From Octopus bimaculoides (lineage: Eukaryota): a stretch of DNA of 64,000 nt. Numbering within the stretch: position 1 is the stretch's first letter; each line of letters opens with the position of its first letter. The stretch is taken from assembly GCF_001194135.2 (NCBI RefSeq), contig NC_068986.1, forward strand, positions 26,463,290 to 26,527,289, given 5' to 3'. The position numbers were made by a program, and so were the translations under genes. Shown piece by piece: positions 39,861 to 51,600 of this stretch. The notes under the pieces are model-generated. The model was not told where the DNA came from. It did no database searches and worked only from the letters and a program-made list of their open reading frames with translations.

Positions 39861-40391
39861 TATATATATATTAGTATATCCAGACATGTTTTTTCCTCTC
39901 TCCATTGTTTTCTTTCCTCATTCTTTTCTGTACAAGGGCACAGCCTGCTTGTGAAATTAACATGCAAATGGCTGAGCACTCCACAGACACACACACCCTT
40001 AATGTAGTTCTCAGGGAGACTCAGCATGACACAGAATGTGACAAGGCTGACCCTTTGAAATACAAATACAACTCATTTTTGCAAGCTTGGTGGACTGGAG
40101 CAATGTGGAATAAAGAGCTTTATTCAAGAACACAATGCTCCACCAGAAATTGAACTCACAACCTTACGATTGTGAGCTGAATACCCTAACAACTGAGCCA
40201 TGGTACCTTCACACCAAATACTATACAGTATTTGGTAATACAGGATTGCCAGTGTAATATCTGAAGCATACACTCATATATACATACACATGATTATCAC
40301 TGTATTATCTATAACCTTAGGATGTTTTAGCAAATACGAAGTCTATAATACTGGCATGTTCTCTATATTATATAATGCATCCTACAACTAT

Positions 40392-40553
40392 ATTAAGGAG
40401 GCATTGGTCTGTTAAGGTTTGTTGCTTATAAAACAATGTTTCATGTGAGGTGAGAACCTCTGTGACTATCACCAAAGGCTGGTAGATTAAGCATAATTCA
40501 ATTGTTAATCTTGAGTACATGACTGCGAGCTTAATGAACTGTAGCTAGAATAT
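40392..40553 (+). repeat. 162-bp direct repeat, copy 2
   Basis: 161/162 identical to 37370-37531. Confidence 0.95.
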
Positions 40554-40562
40554 GTGCGTGCG

Positions 40563-40621
<59 letters not shown>

Positions 40622-43600
40622 TGCTGGTGATGAAGAGGAAGAAACATGTTCAGACACGTAGCTTATAGGCTGAGTGGACAGAATACATTGGCAGCTCATC
40701 AACCAGCAGGGCCAGCAAACATAGCTTTAACATATATATATGTATATGTGTGTGTGTGTGTGTATTATATGTATGTTATATATATATATATATATAACAT
40801 ATATATAATGAATATGTTATATATATATATATAAATTACACAAGATGGGTATAAAATCAACCAGACCAACTAACATACGAACACAGAGTTTTGTCAGATT
40901 TAAGTGAAAAGCTTCCAATAATCTTTTGTTGATTAATTTCTTTTCTTTAACTTTTTTTTCTTTAAAGAGAACACCTATAACCAACTGAAAATATCAAATA
41001 AAAAAAATACATTAATAAATATATTTATTATAATTTCTCCTTTTGGCTAGGCACTTAACTTCCCAACTCTTGTACTACCATTGCTTAAATCTATCCATTG
41101 CATGATTTTCTGTCTCTCATTGTTCTCACCCAACCAACCCCAAACCAAACATAATTCATTGATTAGCTCCCATAATCTTGTTTGGAGATTGTTTGGGCAT
41201 CTCTGTTGCAATGTCTTAGCCCACTGCTCAAAACAAATTTGACAGGACTTGAGGCCAGAGATAAGACTCACACAACTGATATACTGGATTTCAAATGTTG
41301 GTACAAGGCCAGTGATTTCAGGGTAGTGGGTAAGTCAATCACATCGACCCATTTGCCTCTTATTTTTCATTCAAAATATTCCTCCACAGTTAACTTTTCC
41401 TTTTAATCTTTAAAGCTTGAACAATTAAAATTAAGTACCAGTAATATAATGGTAATATAATGAGACCAATAATAGTTTCAGATTTTGGCACAGGGCCAGA
41501 AAATTTTTTTGGGGGGGGGGGGCAAGGTGAGTCGATTACTTGATTAGTACTTATTTTATCAACCCTGAAAGGATGAAAGACAATGTTGACCTCAGCAGGT
41601 TTTGAACCCAGAACACAAAGATTTGGAAGAAATACTGCTAAGCATTTCATTGAAAGCTCTAATGATTGGGCCAGCTCACTGCTGAGATTGATTAATAATA
41701 ACCAAATAAAACTACCTTGAAAATTGAACTAACTTAGAGAGAAGGTCATACTTTTACCTGCAGAGAAATGAGATTGTGTAACATTTAGTCGTTGCTGTTT
41801 AACTCCAAGTTAGCCGTGACTGAGCAAACCTATGATCACTATGATTTTAGTCATGTGATCAAGCTGTCCATTTTTTTCCCCCAGGTGTAGTATGTCTCAG
41901 TGTATTGCAGGTAGAGTGTGGTTTGTAAGAGATTTGGCTGCTATTTCTAACAAATCAAGCAACTTCATGGAAGATTGTTTCTTGGTCTGTTATGTGATGT
42001 GACATTTATATTTTTCTCAAGGGCATGACTAAACTGAATTGGTTTCAAACCAAGAATCAAACAAAGCAGCTGGAAGTGTTCATTTAACAGGAACTTATTT
42101 CTTGCTCAACAGCTTTTGTCATTAAGAAATAATTATGATAATAAGTGAGGGTGAATGCCCTTTTTATTGCTAACCACTCAATCTATTTTCAGTTATTTTG
42201 ATTACAGGTAATGTCCTTTGCCTTGGTTACTGCAACACAGTGGCAGCAGCTGGAATATGAACCATGTAGCAGCCAAAACACAAGTAAAATATAAACAACA
42301 TAGACAAATACAGGTATATCAAATACCATACTATATAAGTTCTTGATGTATTAAAATTATTTCTGCTTGTAGAATATATATCATGGATGTAGCAGGAATA
42401 TTTAGCAATCAGATCATTTACATAGGTAATTAGTAGAATACTACCTACATCATATGAAAAATCTAACCCAACAAGGCTCCAACAAACAACACTTTCATTT
42501 TTGGCATACTTCTGTTAGAGCCAAATCACCACTATATATTTAATGCAGCAAACCCCATCGACAACAAATGGTGGATGGCGGCTGACCCAAGTGCTGGATC
42601 CACATAAAAGCAATGAACATACAGTGAATGAGAGATATCAGAAGACAGTAGCACAACCAGAAGTGAACCACAATGGATGAACGGCAACAGCAACAGACAA
42701 TGACCAGTTAACATTTTGACTGCTGTTACAACCATGCCGATCCAAGAACAATAATTTTCAACTCTTGATGTTTTGTCAGTTGTAGTAATGATAATACTTT
42801 TATTTTTATTTATTACAAAATGAATAAATACTTTTTATCTAAAATCTCAAATAATTATCAGTGTTCTTTATTGTAACATGATTATTAAATGGTAAACAAA
42901 AAACAGCTCTGTATGAGAGGAGCAGATAACCTCAAGAATCAAGGATTTCTTCAAAGCTGACATGCCATTAAAGAAAAGGACAAGCTTATCTTCAGGAGAC
43001 AATAGGACAGTCATGGACATGTGTTTCTGCCTTGGCAAGTGTCAGTACAACAACTGTCTAACCTTTGGAGAATTCTTGATTCTTGAGATGATCCTTCCTT
43101 CTGATATAGAGCTGGTCTTAGCTACCAGTGGTAATTAAGACACATGCACTACAGGTAGAGATAATTTTAATGAAATGAAGAATTAGTGTTGTATGGTATT
43201 TAATATACCTGTATCAGTCTATATGGTTCAAATACATGCCACTGGCCACTCTAAGTTATTTCTTCTAGATGAGGATGGATTAAAACCCACAGAGGCTCCA
43301 AGTACTTAAAAGATTTTGGTGCCCCCATATATGTGTAATTCAAAATCCAAACAACAATAAACCATAAAATAAATCTTGACTTTATAAAATTAAACAAAAC
43401 TTGCAGTAAGAAGGAAAATGATGTTTATTTTTGTATACTTTATATTTGAAAAATTTTCTCCTAATGTTTTCAGTTGCAAAGTCTTTGATTAGATCCTCAC
43501 TATAGTACCATGAATACTTCAAAATTATATTTCCGATCATATAAACCACTTTGAATATTATTTTATCAAGTTTAAAGTGATTTCTTATTTCTTTATTGCC

Positions 43601-45048
43601 CACAAGGGGCTAAACATAGAGGGGACAAATAAGGACAGACAAAGGGATTAAGTCAATTACATTGACCCCAGTGCATAACAGGTACTTAATTTATCGACCC
43701 CCGAAAGGATGAAAGGTAAAGTCGACCTTGGCAGTTATATATGATATGATATATAACAGTTTGAAATGTAATGGTGTAATTAATAACAGGAACATTCATA
43801 GACTTTCTGATGATTTGTAGGAAGTTTGTGCTTGGTATGTTGTTGTTTTTGTTGCTGCTGTTATTGTTATTGTTGTAGGCAGATTATGTCAGCTGTGCAT
43901 GATCAAACTTGTGACACACAGGGAGTTAAGTGGATAAAGCATTTGATTAACATTTCTGGATGTAGTCATGCTGCCTTTAATGTTGGAGCATTTAATGTTA
44001 GCCTAAATATTTCTAGCACTTAGCCCCAAATTTTCAATATGGTAGACAACAACAACAACAACAGTTCTTTCTAATTTTGGCAAAAGGGCAAAAGAGTAAT
44101 TTTAGGGGAAGGCGATTAGTTGATTACATCAACTACAGCATTGTATTCTATCAAACTCAAAAGGTAACTTTTGTGAAATTTGAACCCAGAATGTGAAGAC
44201 CCAGATGATATGCTGCTAATCATTTACTCCAATGCACCAATGATTCTTCCAGCTCGCCATCTTAATAATAATGATAACGATGACAGGGATGCTGCTGCTG
44301 ATGATGATGGTGATCCTTTATATTATAAGGCCTGAAAGTTTTTTTTGTGGTGCGAGGGACTAGTCGATTACATCAATCCTACTTCTCAACAGGTACTTAT
44401 TTCATTGACTTCAAAAGGATGAAAGACAAAGCTGATCTTGGAGGAATTTTAGCACAGAATGTGAAGACTGATGAAATGCCACCAAGAATATTTTGCCCAG
44501 CTCACAACCTTAAAAATAATAATGATGACAACGGCGGCAGTGGCGGCGATGACGATAATTCTTTCTAACTTTGGCACAAAGCCAAAAGTTTTGAAGGTAG
44601 GGCATTAGCCGTTACTAATCAACCCCAGCATGATACTGCTACTTTAGTTTATCAATTCTGAAGAACAAAAAGCAAAGTTTATTTTGACAGGATTTGAATT
44701 AAATACCACATGGCATTTTGTCTGATGCTCTAGTGATGACAACGATGACGATGAAGGTGAGGATGATGAGAATGATGATGGTGATGACAATGATGATGAA
44801 GATCTTTTTCTTCTTCTAATCATTGTTATCACTAAGACAGTGATGACAATGAGAAGAAAGGGGAGAAGAGGACGAGGAGGTAGCAGTAATTGTTGTTGTT
44901 GTTGTTGGTGGTGGTTGTGGTGGTGGTAGTAGTAAAGATTATTATCAAGGTCAGCATGCAGTAGTAACTACAAGATAATAAGATTTAATTTTTCTATTGA
45001 AAGATGTAAGCTCTGAAGAAGCTAAATAATTTGGTTGACAATAATTAA

Positions 45049-45267
45049 CCCTTTCGTTACCAGCCTGGCTGAAACCGGTTCTGGCTCTGTAGTACAAATG
45101 TCTTGTTTACATAAGTTTTGAATTAAAATCTTCCACCAAACCTTAGTCACAATTTATGTTACTAATACTAGCTTAATAACTACGTTATTTTACTAAATTC
45201 TTTGTTATATTTAAAATTAATTGAAAGAAACACAGAACATCTCAAAATATAAACAGTAACGAAAGGG
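45049..45267. mobile_element. piggyBac-type MITE (219 bp)
   Basis: TTAA|CCCTTTCGTTAC ... GTAACGAAAGGG|TTAA: perfect TIR and TTAA TSD. Confidence 0.88.
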
Positions 45268-45807
45268 TTAATGGCAAGAGCATGTCGCAGCTTAGGAACG
45301 TGTCCCACCTTGGTCTTAAAAGCTGCAGCTTCCCAGTATGTTTGTTCTGTTAACTATTCTTGACAGCGAAGTCAATTGAGATAATATGGAATAAAGCTTT
45401 GTATCTTGAAACAAAACAAAATGTAAGTAGATTAGAACTCAAAATCCATGGGTAAGTAATCTGATACTTTATCTGCTCAGCAACTTTGGTTTGGTGTCAA
45501 TTGTTAGTAAGCAAAACATAACACATGCGCACACACACGTATGCTTATGCACACCAACATACACAGTTTTTGTGCATGTGTTTGTCTCCCCTTCACCTCA
45601 CCAACACTAGACAATCAGTGTCAGTGTGTTTATGCCTCCGTAAATCAGCAGTTCGGCAAACGAGACTGATAGAAAAAGAACCAGGCTTTACAAAAATATA
45701 AGTACTGGGGTTGATTCAGTTGACTAAAATTCTTCAAGACAGTGCCCAAGCATGACTACAGTCTAATGACTGAAACAAGTAAAAGATAAAACATAAAAGT
45801 CACATGT

Positions 45808-46928
45808 TGTAAATTAATTGACCGCCTAAAGGACCCCATTTATCTTGTAATACTTCGACCGTGCGAACCAAAGGAGATGGCGACGTAGACGGTAAAAGGC
45901 TCCGTTTTACCATGTCGCACGGTCGAACACAAAACAAGATATATATATAAGATAGAAGGCTCGTCGTAAGAGATACAAGCCAAGTGCCAGTAAAGGAACT
46001 TAGGACAAACTCAACCGTTAGATATATAATGAGAATAAATTTATTAACAAAGTGAAACTGTTCGTGTCTGTGTGCGCGTGCATGCGACATATAAAATTAA
46101 CACAGTACATAAGTCAGGCCTTTTGCTACAAGACAAGGTATACAACAATGTTAAGTGACCGACAGTCATATAAGCAATAGTGTGTGTGTGAGAGAAACAC
46201 AGAACATTGAAAGAGTGTCTGTAACATAGACTGCAAAAAGTCTTAAAACACTGAGATAGAGAAAACCAGTTCGTATTAAAGTTACACAAGGAGATAGAAT
46301 GTTCATACGCAGGAAGTTGTGGTCAAGGAGCAGAGCTGTAGTATCACACTATGTGTGTTGAGCGTCGAATGCTGACCTGTGTTACCTGGTACGGAATATT
46401 CTGGCTGGTTAGTTCTGATTGTTGTTCGTGAGTGGATACTCCACTCATACAGTGAAGATAAAACCGAGTGTGTTGATATTGGTGTGTCCCTGGTGGTGGG
46501 GTTGCTGGCGCACGACATTGTGGTAGATAGTACATTGGTGGTGAAGACGTCGGCGCTGGAACTGGCTGTAGCTGTGTTCTGTATGTGTGTGGTCAACGAC
46601 CAGACCTGTGAGAGATCTGGAATCGAAGACGATATGTGTGGTCAACGACCAGACCTGTGAGAGATCTGGAATCGAAGACAATTGCCGTCGTTGGATCGGG
46701 CTTATTTATAGGCGAAAAAGGACTCACCGGAAACCCAGTAAAACTCTCTATTACGTGACTTTATCCCAAAGCCACGATTCCATGTAATGCCCCCTTAGCA
46801 AGCAGAACATGGGGACAATTGCCGCGCAAATAAGAACAAATCAGGATGATGGACAGAAAGGGCCAAGGTAGCCGAAAGCTAGATGTTAGCAGCTTCGTTA
46901 TCATGGCCGAGAGAGAGGTTTCACTACA
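45808..46928 (-). mobile_element. Probable solo LTR (Gypsy-like, 1121 bp)
   Basis: TGTA...TACA termini, flanks ATGT/ATCT (4-bp TSD with one mismatch), CpG-rich against its surroundings. On the minus strand TATAAATA (46703-46710) precedes AATAAA (46040-46045). Internal 45-bp perfect duplication at 46586-46630 / 46635-46679. Confidence 0.6.
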
Positions 46929-47825
46929 ATCTTGTTGCTCTCTAACTCTTATAGAGCCTCTATATTCACAGCACATCTTTCATAGCTATACACCATCACA
47001 CCTAATATGTCTCATATGATACACTGAAAAAGTGACTGGATGTTAAAAGTATTTGTTAACACTGTTCTGAGAAGATTTGTCGCTGATAGAAACAACAATT
47101 CTCTAAATTACCTCTGTAACTTCCTTGATCCCTAGCCACCATGCTGTCCCTACCCCCAGCATTAATTATGTCACCTAAATTACTGAATTTATCCACAACT
47201 TTCTGCAATTCAATTAGTTTATGGGCTTCATTTCACGGCTGTTCATGTTATTAAGTTTATTCAAAGCATCTAGTAGAGCTAAATAAATCCAGCACCCGTT
47301 GTAATAATAACAACACAGCTTTTGTTTACAATATCAACACAATAGTGAACTTTTGCTTGCTCCCTTCCTAATCATTAAGCAAGGCTACTTGTTTGATGTT
47401 GAGCTAATGAAAAAACCTCTATGTTGTCACTCAATCAGCTAGAAATAGTAGCCAAATATCCTTCAAAACATACTCTCCTACTGTCTTTTGAAAACAAACG
47501 TGTAAAAGAAATTCAAATAATGTCATTCTTGTGGATACACTATCCCTTAATATAAAACAGAGTGGCCATGAATTGTAAATCTTTAATCATATGTCTACTC
47601 AATTAAAGATGACTTAGGGTTAAACAATAACAACAATAAATAAAAAGCTTGTCTGGTGTTAAAGGGTTCCTGCTAACAACTGGTAACTTGTGTTCACCTT
47701 TAGGTTAAATACTTTGTTGCAAGTTTTCTCGAATTTTACAAGCAAGAAAAAATACCATCAAACAAGCAAACTTTCATCTACTAACATTCCACTTCACCAA
47801 TGCTCTCCAAATACTGGATAAACTA

Positions 47826-48010
47826 TCCCATTTTCGCCATGATAAATCACTAATCACTACAAACATTTTTCTCTCTCCTTGTTTCTTTCTGTGGAAGAGC
47901 GTAGGCTCGAAACGTTAAAGACTTTTTCAATTCCTGAGCATTATACTAATACATCTGTTTGTTTTCTACACCACCTGTCTTCGTCTGTTGTATTTTTGTG
48001 AATTCTCCCT
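47826..48010 (+). mobile_element. Penelope-like terminal fragment flanked by a 15-bp direct repeat
   Basis: ATACTGGATAAACTA at 47811-47825 and 48011-48025. The insert is a reverse-complement homologue of 63590-63750 and contains a hammerhead-like fold at 47884-47921. Confidence 0.75.
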
Positions 48011-48398
48011 ATACTGGATAAACTAGTTACAGATGTACAAACATATGTGGTGAGGACAATTAATTATTTAACTAAAGGAAGCTATAAAGCAATCATTACT
48101 ATAACTTAATTTATAATGACATTATGCTATATGTAAGTTTTACCACACAAAAAATTCTCTTTATCTTTAATATTTTACTTGTTTCAGTCATTGGACAGCA
48201 GCCATGCTGGGGCACCACCTTGATGGGTTTTAGTCAAATAGACTGAGCCCAGTACTTACTTTTAAGTTCAGTACTTATTCTTTTGCTAAGTTATATAGGA
48301 TGTAGACAAACCAACACTAGTTGTCAAGCAGCTGAGCCAGTTGGATAGACAAGCACAAACACATTCACATATACATACATACATATAGTTTTTTCTAT

Positions 48399-49986
48399 GA
48401 TAATCTTCAAGTTTAGGGGGGGGGGTAAAAAGTAAATAAAAATATTCAAGGGAAATAACTGAACGACTTACCAGTATTATCCGTTTTCTTTTTCTAAAAC
48501 AGCATGCGACGGAATTTTTTCTAATAAAAGTTTAAAATGTTTTTTTTCTTTTTACAAAACAGAAACGAAATGGTTTGCAGAAGTACCCGACGGAACGGAG
48601 TCAAAAACAACAGGCAGAAAAGAAACAATTGTGCATGGAGAGAACTTTGTCGATAGAAATGATAATGAAATTCAACAGATAAATTTCTAGGACTGCATGC
48701 TGATGTCAATGAGATAGTGTTCATTAAAAATAGATGTTTATTAATTAAATTTTCTACAGTTATGCTCCAGATGCTTGAATATATTGCACTGGAGAAAATT
48801 TAATTAAAATATATCTATTTTCAATGAACACGACCTCGCCGAGTCACCATGCAGTTCTAGAAATTCACCTACTCAACATTATACACTTCAGAAATGGCAG
48901 CCAAAAAATAAACAAATGTTTTTTCTTTTGGGATTGAATTCCGCCATAGAAATTCATGTAGATAAGATAAAAATAATTCATCCGATGTCCCGTATTGCCA
49001 CCGAAGTTTTCTTTTCAATCTCATCCACAAGTTTTCTATATTCTGTGTATGAATTTCATTATCATTTGGATCTACAAAGTGGTCCCCATGCACAATAACT
49101 TCGTGAGTGTATATACATCCTCCCAAGTTTGTGATATTGGCATAGGATGCCCACCTATCACTGATTATGTGGGTTCCTGGCAAAATCTACCGCTGTATCA
49201 TTTCCGACAGTGTCTGCTCTGTTCGGTCGGGCACTTCTACAAGGAAACACTTTCCTGAGTCTCTCTCAACGCCTCCGAAAACCCAGTGGCCAGGTCTCCA
49301 CAGCCCACGGTGGTACGTTCGATGAAAGAACTTGCTTTCATCTATTTCCACCACCAGTGGCTGTCCATTATTGTCAACACCGCCAATTTCCATGGGGTTT
49401 TGCCGAAGCCATTCGTCACACACTTCGCGGCAGAAATTGTTCCAATCTACCACGCTAGTGTGACTAAGGGAGGACTCATCTACAATGTACTTTTGCATTA
49501 TTTCCTTGCACCAGCAGTAAATAAGCAACACCAGATGGTACAGTGGAATATGGCTCCTTTCAAAAAATGAACTGTAACGAACAGATTTCTTTTTTTCACA
49601 GTGTTTACAGTACCATTCTTTTCCATCTATTCTGTCACCACGTGTAACAAGTCCGCATGGTACTAGACAGTCGTCGCAGGTAAACTTATTTCTAATAAGT
49701 CGACGGCGCGCACACCATTCCAACATTCTGTGTCTTGAACTGCTGCATAACTCTCTGATATTCCATTTTTCCTCTAATATTAATTGACGATTGAGGATTT
49801 CGTTTTCAGCAACAATAAGATGTTGCGCAGCCGGTCTTCCACGAGGCATTTTCGATTTCTCATAAGAAACTGATATTCAATCACGTGTGTGATTTATTTA
49901 TAAACAGAGTAGTACGGAGTAGACGTTCAGTTACTTCCCTTGAATATTTTTATTTATTTTTTTACCCCCTAAACTTGAAGATTACC
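48399..49986 (-). mobile_element. Merlin-superfamily (ISXO2/IS1595-like DDE) DNA transposon, full length, about 1.59 kb
   Basis: TIRs of about 63-67 bp: left 48399-48465 GATAATCTTCAAGTTTAG(G)nTAAAAAGTAAATAAAAATATTCAAGGGAAATAACTGAACG; right 49924-49986 (rc) GGTAATCTTCAAGTTTAGGGGGTAAAAAAATAAATAAAAATATTCAAGGGAAGTAACTGAACG. Imperfect 8-9 bp TSD: right CAGTTCTAT, left TAGTT(TTTT)CTAT. Confidence 0.93.
48869..49849 (-). pseudogene. Merlin transposase, 326 codons, one in-frame TAG at 49187-49189
   Basis: The two listed ORFs are in the same frame, joined by CGG-TAG-ATT-TTG (IQR*ILPGT). Features: N-terminal CxxC...CxxC, VEIDES, WVFGGVER, VPDRT, ISDRW, HTQNIENLW, YLHEFLWR, i.e. a complete DDE triad. 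Confidence 0.92.
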
Positions 49987-50500
49987 CAGTTCTATATTTG
50001 AGAGATGAGGAATTATGTACATTATTTACATTTGATGGATATTTGTCCTCATCTTGTTTGCTGTCAACACAACGTTTCGGCTGATATGCTGTCTAGTCTT
50101 CATCAGGTGTCTGAAGAATGAAGTTAAAATAATAGACAGAGAACACCACTGGAAAATACGAAAGCAGCACATATGCTAGGACATAATAACCTCCTAAGCA
50201 GACCAAGTGCAGATATGAGTAGCATATAGGAATCAGTATTAAGGAAGGATAGGAAAATATTAGATTTATAAGCCCTAAAATTCACTCTATAATTACCCAC
50301 AGGCATATGGCGTAGTGGTTAAGAACGTGGGCGACTAACCCAAAGATTCCGAGTTCGATTCCAGACAGTGACCTGAATAATAATAACATCAAAAAATATC
50401 TTAGGAATGAGAACCCAGGTTTGAAATTACCCCAAGTCATCTGATCGAGAGTATATCAGCCAAAACGTTGTGTTAACAACAAAATAGATGAGATGTAAAT
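49987..50500 (+). mobile_element. Penelope-like element fragment: inverted 5' terminal repeat, GIY-YIG C-terminus, tRNA-like segment, 3' terminal repeat
   Basis: 50117-50271 translates (one frameshift, one stop) as NEVKIIDREHHWKIRK/AAHMLGHNNLLSRPSADMSSI*ESVLRK. 49987-50115 is an inverted homologue of 50430-50495. A-box TGGCGTAGTGG and B-box GTTCGATTCC lie in 50302-50372. Confidence 0.72.
50066..50111 (-). ncRNA. Minimal type I hammerhead ribozyme motif (Penelope-associated)
   Basis: Minus strand GACAC-CUGAUGA-A-GACU(12 nt)AGCC-GAAAC-GUU-GUGUU: intact core, 5-bp stem I, stem II with one mismatch, palindromic ACGU at stem III. Confidence 0.7.
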
Positions 50501-50907
50501 AATGTATACATATATATATTATCCATAGTTTCAGTATTTTATATTCATTACGGTTGATTCAACAGTGTTAAGTAATAATTTGATTATGTAACCCAACCAT
50601 TTAAACACATAGGACACCTAGCACGCTAGATGTGATTATAACACAGAATGTTATTTGATGTTGTATAACTGATGTGTGTGTATATACAGTAGTGCTAACA
50701 TGATTTATGTTATTTATTTTTCAGAGTTCTTATCGTGTTTGGGTTTACTTTGCTGTTCAATCCTTCCAAGATCAATAAGGAGTCATGTATTCATCTCTTA
50801 TCATTCATTAATTAATATTACATTCTATACTTACCTAATGCTTTACAATAAAGAATATGTATATTGAATTCTAACAGATGGTTATTAGTATTACTATGCT
50901 TGAGCAA

Positions 50908-51600
50908 AATAATCCTTTCTATTATAGGTATAAGGCCTGAAATTTGCAGGGAGGGGGATAAGTCAATTACATCGACCCCAGTGCATAACTGGTACTTATT
51001 TAATTGACCCCGAAAGGATGAAAGGCAAAGTCAACTTTGGCGGAATTGCCTAATAATAACGATAAAAATAATAATAATAACGATAAAAATAATAATCCTT
51101 TCTATTATAAACACATGGCCTGAAATTTGGTAGCAGGGGGCGATTCAATTACATTGAACACAATACTCAACTGGCCTTAATTTATCGACCCAGAAAGGAC
51201 GAAAGGCAAAGTTCACCTTGGCAAAATTTTAACTCAGGGAGGTGGGCTAGTCAATTACATCGACCCCCCAGTGCTCAATTGGTACTTAATTTATCGACTC
51301 CCAAAAGAATGAAAGGCAAAGCCTACCCCTGAACTCAGAATATAAAGATGGGCAAAATACTGCTAAGCATTTTGCCCAGCGTGCTGACAATTCTACCAGC
51401 TCATTGCCTTTATATAATGTTTTCAAATGTTGGCACAAGGCCAAGAATTTCAGGGGAGGGGGTAAGTTGACTACATCGACCCCAGTGTTCTTGTTTTATC
51501 AATCCCAATGAATGAAAGGCAAAGTTGAACTCTGAACATAAAAACAGACAAAATGGTTAGCAACATTTTGTCTGGCATGCTAAAGATTCTGCCAGCTGAC
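50908..51600 (-). repeat. Head-to-tail cluster of about 4 partial family B SINEs
   Basis: Repeated AATAATCCTTTCTATTATA / CAATTACATCGACCCC / GAAAGGCAAAG blocks in the same orientation. Confidence 0.7.

Noticed and set aside
46586-46679. 45-bp direct repeat pair superficially like a CRISPR repeat
   Set aside because: Two copies with a 4-bp spacer inside an LTR-like element in a eukaryote: an ordinary internal duplication.
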